Part shown: piece after piece, positions 32,772 to 46,400 of the stretch
Layout: each line of letters starts with the position of its first letter
Position numbering within the stretch: position 1 is the first letter of the stretch
From: Cyanophora paradoxa CCMP329
Lineage: Eukaryota; Plantae; Glaucophyta
NCBI GenBank assembly: GCA_004431415.1
Contig: QPMI01000312.1
Location: forward strand, 1-61,686
Length of the DNA stretch: 61,686 bases
Direction: 5' to 3'
Made by a program: the position numbers and the translations under genes
Notes under the pieces: generated by a model
What the model saw: the letters and a program-made list of their open reading frames with translations, nothing else
What the model was told of the DNA's origin: nothing
Database searches by the model: none

Positions 32772-35489
32772 ATGGAGCCAGGCAGCCTGGGCCACACGCA
32801 CAACACCTTCAAGCCGCCGCCGCTGCCCGAGGATCACGGCATAGTCGATCTGGCGACGGGCCGCTCAGCGAACTTGCGTGCGCGGCCTGGTGACTCGCCC
32901 GGCCCTGCCCCCATTCCCGCAGCCGCAGCCGCGACCGCCCCAGCTGGAGGCCTGTCGGTCGTGACAGCGCCTCCGACTGCGACTGCGAAGTTCATCCTGC
33001 AGCCGCCGCCCTCGCCGGCAAAGAGCCCTGCAGCCGCCGGCTTTTCAGTGATCTCCGCGCCCCGCGACAGTGCCAGCGGCAGCGGCGGCAACCCGCTCTC
33101 TCCCTCGCCTCCAAGCGGCATGCGTCGCGTGTCATCCCTGTCGAACTTCCTTGCTAACAAGGTAGGAATCGCGTCAGCGCGAGCGCGAGCGCTTCTGACG
33201 ACCTTTGGCTGTCGCAGGCCCGCATCGGCGAGCGCGGACAGCGCAGCTTCAGCAGTGCGCTCTCTTCGCATCGTTTTGAACCTCTAAATCGCTTCTGATC
33301 ACTGCACGCAGTGGCGAGCGAGCACGACGAGATCCGCATCCGCGCCGTCCCGCACATTAGCGACTGGATGGACGTGCAGATGGTGCGGGCCCTTTGTCCG
33401 CCTCTGTTCGCTGCCGCACCACTTTTTCTTGTGCCCGCCGCTCACGCGGCCCGTGCGCAGCACCCGTCCCCGCTCATAACCTCGGAGGGCGCATACGGGC
33501 GCGCCCACAAGTGCCACCTCGAGCTGATCGACGTGAGCCCGTGTCCCAATGTCTGTACCACATACCCCGCTCACGCCAGCCGTGTATTCACAGGAGGGCG
33601 AGCTCGTGCAGACCAAGCGCGTACCCCCGCCGCCCCCGCACCCGCCCTGCGCCTGACCGCGCGCCGCCTGCAGGATCGTGTTCAAAGAGGTTCCTAAGGG
33701 TACGCGCTATCCTTTCCCCCCCTGGGTACCCCCGCCGCTTACCCCCCGCGCCAGGCACGCCGCCCGGGTCTTACTACTACCGTGCCGGCCCCCGCCGGGA
33801 GATCGCGTTCTATCCCCCCGACACCCGGGCCTGCATCGTCACCTGCGGAGGTGCGCAGCCCCGGGACGCGGGCCCCGGTTCGGCGCCGACGCGCACCCCG
33901 CCCCAGGGATCTGCCCGGGCCTGAACACGGTCATCCGTGAGGTGCGGGGCTCCCCGAGGCGTTGTTTTCGAAGCGGCTGCGCCCCGCGCCCCCTGTACTC
34001 GATCCCTGACCCTCGCCCCCGCGCGCAGATCGTCATGTGCCTCACGCGCTACGGCGTCACGCAGATCTACGGCATCCAGTTCGGTTACCAGGTACCCGCG
34101 CTCCCTTCTCCCCCCCTCCCGCCCCCCCTCGAGCCGGGCACCGCCAGGGCTTCTACAACCCGGGCTTCAAGCACGTCAGGCTGGACCCCGAGTCGGTCCA
34201 GCGCATCCACCACGAGGGCCCGCCCCCGCGCCCCGCCCCCTCTCCGTCCCCGCCCGCCCGAGCCCGGCGGGCAGGGGGCACGACGCTGGGGTCGAGCCGG
34301 GGGGGCATGGACAAGGAGGCGATCATCAACAGCATCATCGACCACGGGTACAACGTCGTGCGCAGCCTCTCCGCCCGTCTTCTGCCCCCCCGCCTCCCTC
34401 GCCCCACCTCTCCCTCCCCAACCCGGCACGGCGCCCGCCCCGTTGCAGGTGTTCATCATCGGGGGTGACGGAACGCACCGTGGGGCCGCGCTCATCTTTG
34501 AGGAGGTCCGGCCCGGCGCCGCCGCCGGCCCCCTTCCAGGGGTCTGAGCGCCCGCCCCCCCAGGTCAAGAAGCGCGGCCTCGCCATCTCCGTCGCCGGTG
34601 CGCCCCGCGCCCCGCTCGCCGCCCCGCGACCCGCACCCCGCCGGGCCGGCGCCTCACGCGCCGCCCCGCCGGGCCGCCGCGGCGCAGGGATCCCGAAGAC
34701 GGTGCGCGCCCTACCCTTTCCACCCCCCCCCGCCCCTACCTCTCCCCCTTGAGCCCGTACCCCCCACAGATTGACAACGACATCCCCTACATCGACAAGA
34801 GCTTCGGGTTCGACACGGCGGTGGAAGAGGCCTGCCGCGCCATCCGCTCGGGCCTCGTCGAAGCCAAGTCCTACCACAACTCCATCGCCCTCATCAAGGT
34901 ACCCCCTCCCCCCGCCCCCCGCAGGCGCCACCCCGTCGATGGCCTCCCTCTCCCGTGCGTCTTCGCGCCCTGACCGGCCCCGCCCCCGGCCCCGGCAGGT
35001 CATGGGCCGGCACGCCGGTGCGCCCTTTGCCGCAGGGCCCCGGGCGGCCGCGGGCCTCTCGCCGAGGCGTGCGGGGGCCGGCAGGGTTCATCGCGGTGTA
35101 CTCGACGCTGGCGGCGCGCGACGTCAACATCTGCCTCATCCCCGAAGTCCGATTCCGGTGCGCCCGCGCGGGGCGGGGCGGCGGGGCCGGCCGCCGCGGC
35201 GGGCCGAGGCGGGCGCCCCGGGCAGGATGGACCTGCTGCAGCGGCACATCGAGCGGCTGCTGGTGCAGCAGGGCCGCGCCGTCATCATCGTCGCCGAGGG
35301 CGCCGGCCAGGACCTCGTGCCCCCCAGGTGCCACCCCAGCGCGGTAGAGGGGGAGCCGCCGCGGGGATCAAAAGGCTGCGCCCTCCGCCGCCGCTCTCGC
35401 CTGACAGGCCGCGCGCGCCCCCTCCCAGCAACGAGGTCGATGCCTCGGGCAACAAGAAGCTCGTCGACATCGGTGCGGGCACCTCCACG

Positions 35490-35530
<41 letters not shown>

Positions 35531-36108
35531 TTCGCTCGGGTGGCGAGCGCGGCGCGTTTGGCAGGGGTGTGGATGCGGGAGCAGCTGGCGGCGCACTTCA
35601 AGGAGATCGGCATGCGCGTTACCATCAAGTACATCGACGTCCGCGCCCCCGCCCGCCCCGCCCCGCCCCGGCCCGCTTCCACCCGCCCCCGACCCCTTCC
35701 CCTCCCCTTTGCAGCCGACGTACATGATCCGGACGATCCCGCCCAACGCCGCCGACTCGGTCTACTGCACCGTCCTCGCCCACAACGCCGTCCGCCCCGC
35801 CCCGCGCCGCCCCGCGCCGCCTTCTTTTGGAGAGGATCCCGCGGGGCAGGTGCACGGGGCCATGTTCGGCTTCTCGGGCTTCTCCGCCGGCCTCGTCAAC
35901 GACAAGGCCGTCTTCCTCCCCTTCGCCGGTGCCCCCGCCCCGCCCCGCCCCGCACGCGCACGCGCCGCGCCGCGCCGCCCGCGGGGCGTGACGTGGCGCG
36001 CTCGCCTCGCGCGCCGCAGACGTCACGGAGGGGGGGGCGTGCGTGGACCCCAACGGGCGCGCCTGGGGCCGCGTCCTCGGATCCACGGGGCAGCCCGACT
36101 TCACCTGA
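32772..36108 (+). CDS. PFK: ATP-dependent 6-phosphofructokinase (plant/protist type), about 20 exons
   Basis: RAGPR, IVTCGG|[38 protein letters not shown]|[35 protein letters not shown]|PTYMIR, TGQPDF. GGDG rather than GGDD indicates ATP rather than PPi use. Confidence 0.96.
35490..35529 (+). repeat. Intronic poly-C tract of 40 nt; similar tracts at 5813-5840 and 38088-38150
   Basis: Directly visible homopolymer inside a PFK intron. Confidence 0.9.
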
Positions 36109-37437
36109 CCGGCGCCGCGTACCCCGGAGGCCAGCACCCCTTCTAGGCCGGCGGCCGCCCCCCTGGCGCCCCGCCCGCATGTACCACCACGGATCTTCTC
36201 GCGCCCGCCGCGCGTTTCGCGGCAAACTCCCGCTTTTCAGCAGCAGCTCTGCTGCAGCAGTTTAAACAGCTAGGCCTTGGTTTCAGAGATCTAGATTCTA
36301 GAGCGCAACCGCCGTGACCGCACCCTCCAAGCTCTCATTGCCTCCCATCCCCCGCTGCTTGATTTGCTAGAGTTCGTTGCAGTACGCCGTGACGACGATA
36401 TCGATACCAGCTGCAGTCTTCTGCGAAATTGGTCCCGCATTGATATTTGCGGCATATCGCAAATTCGCATATGCCTCATCCGGATCCGGATCCAGGCAGG
36501 CGCCGCGCCTGGATGAAGGTCGGACGGAAGCTTAATCGCGATCGAACAAGGGCGCCCTTCGGGCTTTACCACTGATTACCAGTAGCCGCCGTGCAGCTGC
36601 GTCCCCTGCCTGCTCGGAGGGCCGACGGAGGGCCGTCTGCCGCCGTCAACGTCGGAGGCTGGTCCGGGTCCTCCGGGATCCCTGGAATCCAGCAGGGCCT
36701 GGATAGCCACGCACGTGATTAATTAAGCACGGATTCTATCGTAAATCATAATGGATATGATCAAGTTCCATGATCAATTGCGAGTTCCATCGCCATCATT
36801 ATCCAGACGTGCAATCGTCGTGCACGGTGCGCTGGGTACGGTGAATGTTACTCAAGGTCGCGAAGAATTCGAAGCGATGATCATGAGCTCAGTTGCTGGC
36901 AACTTGCTGCAAGCTGCCAGCTGCAGCTGCAGCCTGCAGCCTGCTGCCAGTGGCGCCTGGACGCCGTGGACGGCCCTGACTCCGGCCCTGGAGGCCTAGG
37001 CTGGAGCTGCTGCAGGCCCGCAGCCCACGTACGCGTGCACGGCTGGCCGCTGCCGCGCTGCGCAGATGCGCAGCCCTGCGCGGCCTGCGCCCAGCGCCAC
37101 GCGTACGTATGCAATATATGCAACGGTTGCAACCTAGCGCTAAGGTCGCCATGATCATGATCATTACATCGCTGCCGCCGGGCCGCGCGGCGTAGTCGAG
37201 CTTGTCGAGGCCGCTGAGCTAGAGCGAAGCCTTGAAGCTCGTCGGACGCGCGCGGCGGTAACGTATACAGCTCCGCCTGCCGCAGCGCAGCTGCCCCTCA
37301 GCGGCTGCAGCGCTGCAGAATCAACCGCGCTTGCGCCGGCAAACTCGCCGAGGCGCCGGCGCAGCACGGCAGGCTCGTTGGCGTCGTCGCCAGCAGCCGC
37401 GACGCGCCTGCGTATGCGTGGATCGATTCAGACCCCG

Positions 37438-40400
37438 ATGGCGAACCCGTCTGCGATGGCCGCGGATACGGCCGCAGCAATTGCAACGACGCTCGAGCGG
37501 TGCGACGTATACTTGGGCCGGGCGCTCGCGCCCAGTCCGATGCGCCACCGCGCCGCGGCCTCAGCCGCCCGCGCTGATCGATGCCACTGCTGCACCGTAC
37601 GCGTGGCACGTACGTACGGCGCAGGCTGCTGGAGCGGCGGGGGCGGCTGGACCCCGCGACGGTGCTGGAGGTCGGCGTCGCGCTGGCGCGGCTCGCGCAC
37701 GGGCGGCACCGCCAGGGGGAGCTCCTGGGCGCGGGCGGCCCGCTGCACCCCCGCTTCCTCCGCGTCGAGCTGCGCGATCGCGACGCGCGCGTGGAGCTGG
37801 AGACGGCGGCCCCCGAGCGCGACCCGTCGCCCCTCGAGGCCGCCGCCTTCTCCGCCCCCGAGCTCACCGGCCGCATGGACCCCTCCGCCGGTGCCCCCCG
37901 CCCCGGCCCCGGCCCTCCACGTACCCCCGCGTCACGCCTTTCGCCGCAGTCGTCGACGAGCGGACGGACCTGTACCGCATCGGCGTGCTGCTGTACACCG
38001 CCCTCGCCGGCTCACCCCCCTTCTCGGGGGGTACCCTTATCGAGATGCTTCACGCCCACCTCGCCAAGCGGTGCCCTCCAAACACGCCCCCCCCCCCCCC
38101 TCCCCCCCTCCCTCGCCTCCCCGCCCCCCCCCCCCCCCCCCCCCCCCCCCGGATCGAAGCCCACCGCAGGCCGCCACCGCTGCGCGCCGCTCCGCGTGCC
38201 CTCGAGGCTATCGTCGACGTTCGCGTACCCCGTGCCTCACCGTACCCCTGCCCACGCTCCCGCCGCAGCGGCTGCTGGAGAAGAGCCCCGCGGCGCGCTA
38301 CCAGTCCGCCTTCGGCCTCCTCCACGACCTGCTCCGGTACCCCCCACCCACCCCCACCCCCTCCTGCGCCGCTCCCCCCGTGCGACGGGCGGGGGCAGGT
38401 GCCGGCGGCTGCTGCGGGAGGGGTGCGGCGAGGCGGTGCCCTTCGCGCTGGGCGAGAGGGACCGGAGCGGGCGGCCCGACCTGAGCGACGCGCTGCACGG
38501 GCGCGCCGCCGAGCTCGCCGCCGCCCTCGCTGCCATCCGCCGCGCCAGGGCCCGCCCCCGCCCCCGCCCCCGCCCCACTCCTCTACCCCCGGCCCGAGCC
38601 CCACGTCCCTTGACGCCGATACCCCGCAGACGCTCAAGCAGCCGTGCATGATCCTCGTCAGCGGGCCCCCGTGCGCAGCGCATGTGCATTGCGGGACGCC
38701 CGCGGGAGGCTGAGCGGGCCGGGGCCGGCGCAGCGGGGCCGGCAAGTCGTTCCTGGCGCGGGAGATCGGCCGCCGCGCCGTCTCCGAGGGCATCGCCTCG
38801 CGCCTCGTCGCCGGCAAGGCTCGCGATCGCCTACCCCCCTCCGTCTTATCCTTCCCCCGCCCACCCCCCCTCTGAGGGCCCGGGGCGGCAGGCGGACCAG
38901 TACAGCTCGGTGCCGTACCCCATCATCACCCGCTGCCTCGAGGACCTGGCTGGCCAGGTGCCCCCGCCGCCCGGCGGCGGCCTCGACGCCCCCCCGCGTC
39001 CACGGTGCGCGTAATCTTGCTCTTCCGCCGGCGCGCAGCTGGCGGCCTCGGGGCGGGACGTGCCGCTGTGGCGCGGGGCGCTGCTGGGCGCCCTGCAGGG
39101 CAACGCCCGCCTGATCGCCGACCTGGCGCCCGCCACGCGCCTCATCCTCGGCAGCGAGCTGCCGCCCGTCGGGGAGCTCGCCCCGACCGACCTGCAGGCC
39201 CGGCTGCGGGCGGCCATCGGGGCGTTCCTGCGGGTGGCGCTCGTGGGCCCGAGCCCGGCGCCCGGGGCCCGCCCGGCACCGCTGCTGTTGCTCTGCGACG
39301 ACCTCCAGTGGGCGGACGCCGAGGGCCGCAACATATCCCCGGTCCGCCCCGCCCCGCCCCGCCCCTGCGCTCCCCTCGTGACCGCCCGCAGGCGCACGTG
39401 GTGCCCGACCTGCCCTTCGTGATCATCGGCACGATCCGCGAGGAGGAGGCCGCCCCGGGGGCGCCCCCGGGGCCCCTCCGCGCCCGCATCCTCGACGTCA
39501 ACCGCCCCGCCGTCCCCGTCCTCGACCTCGCGGTACCCCCCGCACCGGGCCCCCCGCCGGGTGTACTTGCAAGCGTACCCCCTCACGTGGCGCGCAGCTG
39601 GGGCGCCTTTCGCGGGAGGGCTACCGGCAGCTCGTCTCCCGCGCGGTACCCGTGCCCCCTGCATTCCCTCCCGCCGCCGAGCGCCCGCTCATCCCCCCCG
39701 GGCAGCTGAAGGAGGGCGGGGAGGGCCTGGTGGAGGCGCTGGCGGGGGTGCTGGAGGCGCGCACGGGGGGCAACCCCCTGCACGCCGTCCAGCTCCTCCG
39801 CGCCCTCTGCGAGCAGGCGCGCCCGTACTCCCCGCTCCCGTCTTTGGTTTGACGCGGCGGTCTGGCAGCGGGCGCTGCGATTCGAGCACGAGGCGGGGCG
39901 GTGGGAGTGGGACGAGACGCGGGCGGAGGCGGCCGCCGGAGGCGTCGGCCTCCTCGACGCCTTCGCCGCCGACCTCCTCGCCCTCCCGCGCCCCTCCCAG
40001 GACGCCCTCAAGGTCCGTACCCCCCCCTCCCTTGGGCTGTACCCCGGCGAGCGGTCGACCTTGGGCGCGGGCAGGTGGCGAGCTGCTGCGGGCCGGGCTT
40101 CGACGTGGAGACGCTGGGGACGGTGCTGGGCGTCTCCGCGGAGGAGGCGGCGGGGCGGCTGCGGCCGGCCCTCGCCGCCCGCCTCCTCGTGCCCCGCGAG
40201 GGCACCGCCCCTGGCGCCGCGGGCCCCGAGCTCGTCTTCCGCCACGACCGCATCCAGCAGGCCCGTGCACGTACCCCCTGCGCCCTCCTTCCCCCCTGAC
40301 GCTGGCGGCAGGCGGCGCACGAGCTGCTGGAGCCGGCGGAGCGGGCGGCGCTCTGCCTGCGCGCGGGGCTCCTGCTGCGCGCCTCCCGCCCCGACCTCCC

Positions 40401-43400
40401 CGCCTCCGAGGCCGTCTACGAAGCGCGCACCCCCCGCAGTCTCCTCGCCCTGCCAGTTGACCCCTCCCCCCCAACAGGTGGCGAACCTGCTGAACTCGGG
40501 GCTGGCGGGGGCCGGCCCGGGGGCCGACCAGGCTGCCCTAGTCGCGGGGGCGGAGGTCAACCTGCACGCCGCCCGCCGCGCCCGCGCCTGCTCCGGGTCC
40601 GCACCGACCCCCGCCGGGCCGCTCTTGCCTCCGCCCCGCGCGATCCGACGCCGGCGCGCGCGCGCGCGCGCAGGTTCGGGCGGGCGCTCGAGTACGCCCT
40701 CGCGGGGCTCCGCGCCCTCGCCGCCGCCGGCCTCGCCCGCGCCCCCTCCGGCGAGGCGCCCGCGGACGGCGGCGCCGGGGGCGAGCACGGGTCGGCATCG
40801 CCGGAGGAGGCGCCGCGGAAGAGGCAGCGGCCGCCCCACCCGGCCCCGGAGCCTCCGGCGCTCGAGGGCGCCGAGTTCGAGCTCACGGTACCCCCCCCTC
40901 CCCCCCCCCCTCTGCCCCCCTCCCGTCGAACCGAGCGGCGGCAGCTCATCCGCGCCGAGGCCGAGTACGTGTTCAAGGTGAGCCCGCCCCTCCCCCCGCC
41001 CCCCCGGCCCGCCCCGAGCGGGCGCTCAGGTGAACTTCGAGCTGGCGGACGCCCTCTTCGAGCGGGCGGCGGCCGTCGCGCGCTCCCGCTCCGACTCCAT
41101 CCGCGGTCCGCCCCGCCCCGCGCCCTTCGCCCCCTTCCTCCTGGCCCCCGGCTCCCGCTCCGGCCCTCATGCCGCGCGCAGTGTACCGGCTGCGGGTGGC
41201 GCTGCTCTCCTCGATGCAGCGCTTCCGGGAGAGCTGCGAGGCCGGCCTCGAGGCCCTCCGCGCCTTCTGGGGCCTCCACGTCGACCCCGGTGCGGAGAGA
41301 GCCTCCCGCACCGCTGGGAAGAGACGAGCGCGAGTGCTCGTCTCACGGGGCGGGCAGAAGTGACGCTGGAGGACTTCGAGCGGGACGTGGAGTCGCTCGT
41401 CGCCGCCCTCGCCGCCCGCTGCCCCGCAGCCGCCCTCGACCCCGCCGCCGCCTCCCCCGCCGCCCTCGCCGCCGCCCTCGCCGCCCTCCCCGCCTGCGCC
41501 TCCGAGGAGACCCCCGAGCTCCTCCGCTTCGGGGCCGAGGCGGCCCTCAGCGCCGGCTACGCGCAGCTCCCCGCGCTGCTCTGCGTCGTCCCCGCGCGCT
41601 GCCTGCTGGCGAGCCTGGATGCGGGGCGGGCGCCCGAGCAGGCCGTCCTCTTCGGCATCCTCGGCCACGCCTGCGCCGCCGTGGACCGCCTCCTCCCCCT
41701 CGCCGGCGCCTTCTCCGAGCTCTGCCTCGCCTTCGCCGCCGCCGCGCCGGACGGCCGCCTCCAGGCCCGCTCCCTCTGCTGGGCCGCCCTCTCCGCCGTC
41801 TGGCGCCGGCCCTTCCCCGCCGCTCTCGAGTTCGCCGAGGCCAGTACCCCCCTCGCCGTCCAGAGCGGATCCCTCGTCGACGCCTGTGCGCGTACCCCCC
41901 CTTTCCCCTTTCCATTTCCCGCGCGGCGGCCCCGACGCCGCCGCGCAGGCCTGGCGTCGACGATCTCCGTGGGGCTCGCCCTCTGGGCCTGCGAGCCCCT
42001 CCCCGCCCTCGAGCGCCGCGGTGCGTGCACGGAACCCCGCGCGTCTCTGCGATCGCCCCTCACTCCCCCCCGCCGGCCCTCTCCAGCCGCCGCCTCGATT
42101 CGAGTCCTTCAGTCGTGCAAGCAGGTGCCGCTAGCCCGGTTTCCCTGAGCGAGAGCGCAACTCGGGCCCTGACCCTGCGCCCCAGGACCTTCACGTCGTC
42201 CTCATGTGGTCCTACGCGGAGTGGGCTCGCATCCTACGCCGCGTCCGCTCCCACCCCCCCACGCCTCCTTTCTTCTCCGCCCCCATCTCACCGCCCCCGC
42301 CCCCGTGCAGGGCCCGGCGGCGCTGGAGACGCTCAGCGCGCTGCCGCTGCTGCCCGGGGCGGCCGGCGGGCGGGTGGCGGCGGCGTTCGACGCGGGGCGC
42401 TTCGCGCGGCTGCTCGAGGGCCTCCCCTGCTGGCTCATCGGCCAGTTCGCCGCCGTCACCGTCTTCGCCCTCCTCTCCCTCCCCGACCCCGCTCCGTGCG
42501 CCCTGCCCCCTGTCCCTTCTTCCCGTGTACCCCCCTAACTTTCCCCCCCCCCCAGGCCTGGAAGGCCGTGGAGCTCTTCGACGAGCGGGGGGTAGAGCTC
42601 CTCCAGGCAGGGCCCCGTACCCCTCCCCGCCCTCTCGGCCGCGCGGCCGACCGCGCGGCGCGCCACGCGCAGCTGCGGGCGTCCTTCTCGTCGTACCCGG
42701 ACTTCCTCTTTGCCGCCGCTCTCGCCGCCGCCGCCGTCAGCCGCCCGCCCGCCTCCCTCTCCCCCCAGCCGCCCGAGAGCCGCCCCGCAGCGACTCTCGG
42801 AAGGGGACGTTGACGACTCGCTCCGGGGGCGGCTGGTGGCGCGGCTGGAGGGGTACGCGGCGCGGTACGGCCCGCTGGCTTCGGCCTCGCCGCGCAACTA
42901 CGGCCCCCGCCTCCGCATCCTCGAGGCCGAGCTCGCCCGCGCCGCCGGCGCCGAGGTCCTCTCACAAGCTTCCCCTCCCGCTGCCCCCTCCTCGGCGTGG
43001 AACCGACCTGTACCCCTCGCCAGGCGGGCGCCCTGCGCCTGTACGAGACCGCCGCCGACGAGGCCGCCGCCGAGGGGTACCACTTCCTCGTCGGTGGGCC
43101 CCTACCCGCCCCACGGCCCGGGGCCCCCGGCCCACGCTCCCGCAGGGCTCGCCTCGGAGCGGGCGGCGTCGCTGGCGGGGGCGGCGGGGCTTGAGCGGGC
43201 GCGGGGCGGGTACCTGCGCGCCGCCGCCGAGGCCTACGGCGCGTGGGGCGGCGAGTGGAAGGCCGCCGCTCTGCTCGCAGCGCAGGCCCCGCCTGCGCCG
43301 CCTCCGCCCCCGGCCCCGCTGCCGGTCGGCCAGAGGCCCCAGCGCTCCGCCTCCTTCGAGAGCGTCGCCGGCGCCTCCTCCTCCTCGCCCTTCTCGGCCT

Positions 43401-46400
43401 CCACCGGCTCCTCCTCCTCCCTCGGGGCCGGCGCCGCCGGCGGCGTCCCGGTGCGCTCAGCCCCGCCTCGAGGGCGCGGCCGCTGACGGGCGGCCTCGCA
43501 GCGGCGGCGGCCGTCGGGCCAGTCGACGTCCAACCTCTCGGCCTCCGCGGGCGGCCACTCGGCGTTTGCCCCGACCCGCTCCTCCTCCTCCGACGGCGGC
43601 GGCTCCCTCAACTGGTGCCTCCGCCCCCGCCCCCGCTGCCGCACGCGCCCCCCCCTCCCTCTGACGTGTGGGCAGGGACTCGCTGGTACAGGCGTCGCAG
43701 TGCCTGCTGAGCGAGGTCCACCTGCCGCGCCTCCTCGAGCGCCTCGTCGCCACCGTCCTCGAGATCGCCGGCGCCCAGCGGTGCCCCCGCCACCCCGCCC
43801 GCCCCTCCTTGGGCCCATCCGGCCCCGGCCTCACACGGGCGCCCCGGCGGCGGCGGGCAGCGGCTTCGTGCTGCTGCGGCGGGAGCGGCGGCCGGGCGAC
43901 GCGGGGGCCGAGGAGGCGGAGGCGGGCGCCGGCCCCGCCCGCGACTTCCGCCTCGAGGCCTCCGGCGAGGCCCGCCGCGCCCCCCGGATTTGATCTCCAG
44001 CTCCCCCCCCCCTCTTTGAACCCGTACCCCCCGCAGGTGCTGGACGGGGAGGCGGCCGACGAGGCCGACGGCGCCGCCTTCCGCATCCAAGTCCTCCAGG
44101 CCCGCCCCCGCCCCGTACCCCCCCGGGGCTCCTCCCCCGCCTGACCCCTTTGGCCTCAGGGCCAGCCACTGGCGGAGTGCGAGGGGCTCTTCTGCGCGCG
44201 CGCCGTCGAGTGCGCCATCCTCTCCCAGGCGCGCCTACCCCCCTCCCGCTCCTTCCCCCCTCCCCTCCTCCCCTTCTCACCTCTCGCAGGCTCCCTTGCT
44301 GCGAAACTACGCGGGCGAGGAGGCGGCCGGGTCCGGCGGGGGTACCCCCTCCGTCTGCGATGGGTACGTCGCCTCCGCTGGTGTGAAGTCGCTCCTCGCC
44401 ATCCCCATCCTCCACCAGGCGCCCCCGCCCCGCCCCCTCCCGCCTCCGCCTGCGCGCTCAGCGGGGGGCGCAGGGGCGGGCGATGGGGTGCCTGTACCTG
44501 GAGAACCGGCTGCTGGGGGGCGCCTTCACGCGCGCCGCCATCGAGACCCTCACCATCCTCTCCACCTCCCTCGCCGTCAGGTCCCGCCCCCGCCGCCCCG
44601 CGCCCGCTGCCCGGGCCGACGGTGCGCAGCGTGGCGAACGCGCGGCTGTACGAGCACCTCTCGCGGTCGCTGCGCGAGTGCGAGGCCGTCCTCCGCACCG
44701 CCCACGACGCCATCCTCACCCTCGGGCCCGACGCGCGCCCCGCCCCCGCCCCCGCCCGCCCCGCTCGAGGCCCCCTGACGGCCTCCTCCGCAGCTCGAGG
44801 TGACGAGCGCGAACCCGGCGAGCGAGCGGCTCTGGGGCGCGGGGAGCGCGAGCCTGCGGGGCCGGCGCCTGCCGGAGCTCCTGCAGCTGGCCGAGCCGGC
44901 CGAGGGCGAGCCGTCCCCCGGCGAGGGCGAGGCGGATGGGCCCTCCCCCCGCACCCCGGGCAGCGCCCGCTTCGCCGCGGCCCGCCCGGCCCCCGCGCCC
45001 GACCCGCTGGCCCCGTTGCTGCCCCCGGGGGCATCCTTTGCACTCGAGCGCGTGTGGAAGGGGTACGCCCTCGGCCTCGCTCCGTCGGGCGCCCGCGTCG
45101 AGGTCGAGGTCCGCGCGTACCCCCTCCAGCCCCCCGGGCCCCCGACGTAGACGCCCTCCCGCAGGTCTGCTTCGCGGCCTTCGACGGGGAGGGCGCCCCC
45201 GGCGCGCCCGGCGGCCCCGGGGGCGGCGGCGGGCACGGCTACGCCGCCTTCGTGCGCCCCGTACCCCGCCCTAGGCCTGCCCCGGCCCGCCCTTTCCCTC
45301 GGCTCTGATGCGGGGCGGGCCCGGGGGGGGGACAGGTGCGGGACGTCTCTGGGCGGGTGCGGGCGGAGGAGCACCTGCAGCGGCTGCAGCGGCGCTGGTT
45401 CGCGATGGCCACCCACGACCTCCGCACCCCCCGTGCGCCCCCTCTGCTCGCTCGCCTCGCCTCGCCTCGGCGCGGGCGACAGCGAGCCCCGCGCCGGCGC
45501 AGTGAACGGGATCCTGGGGATGCACGAGCTGCTGGCGGAGACGCCGCTCTCGGAGGAGCAGCGCGAGTACGTCGACAACATCGGCGCCTCCGGCTCCGTC
45601 CTCCTCTCCCTCATGAACTCCGTACCCCCGCCCCTTGAGCCCCCGCCCCTTCGAATTCCGCCCTTGAATACGACCCTCCCCCCTGCAGATCCTGGAGTAC
45701 AGCCGGCTCGAGGAGGGGGCCGAGGCGGCTTCCCCCAGCACCCCCTTCGACCCCGTCCACGTCCTCGAGGGTACCCCCCACTGCCCGCGGGCCGCTCCTG
45801 CCCTTCAGCCGATGACGATCCCCGGGAGCAGAGACGGTGCTCATGTCGGCCCAGACGGCGCGCGCCAAGGAGATCGGTGCGCGGCGCCGCCGCCTGATCC
45901 CGATGAGGCTCAGCCGCGCCCGCGCGCGGCGGCGCAGACGTGCTGCTCTTCGTGCCGCCGGCGATCCCCCGCGCCGTCCTCGGCGACGTGGTCGCCTTCC
46001 GCCGCATCGCGCGCCCCGCCGCCCCGCCCCGCCCCGTCCCGCCCCGTCCCAGGCGCCCCTCGAGCCGGCGCCCAGGTCATGAATTTCGTGTCGAACGGAG
46101 TTAAATTCAGCCCCCGGGGCGGGCGCGTGGAGCTGCGCCTGGCGGCGCTGGGGCCGGTGGAGGGCCCCGGCGAGGCCGCTTTCCGCGTCTCCGTCCGCGA
46201 CAACGGGTGCGCCGGCGGCGGCCCCGCCCCGCCGCCCCGCGCTGGCCGCCGGCGCCCAGCTGTAAACGCGCGCGGGCGCAGGGAGGGGGTGCCGGCGGAG
46301 CTGCAGCGGCTCCTCTTCCGGCCCTTCTCGCAGCTCGGGCCCTCCCGCCCCTCCGCCCGCATGTTCGAGGGCACCGGCCTCGGTCCGCCCCACGCCTCGC

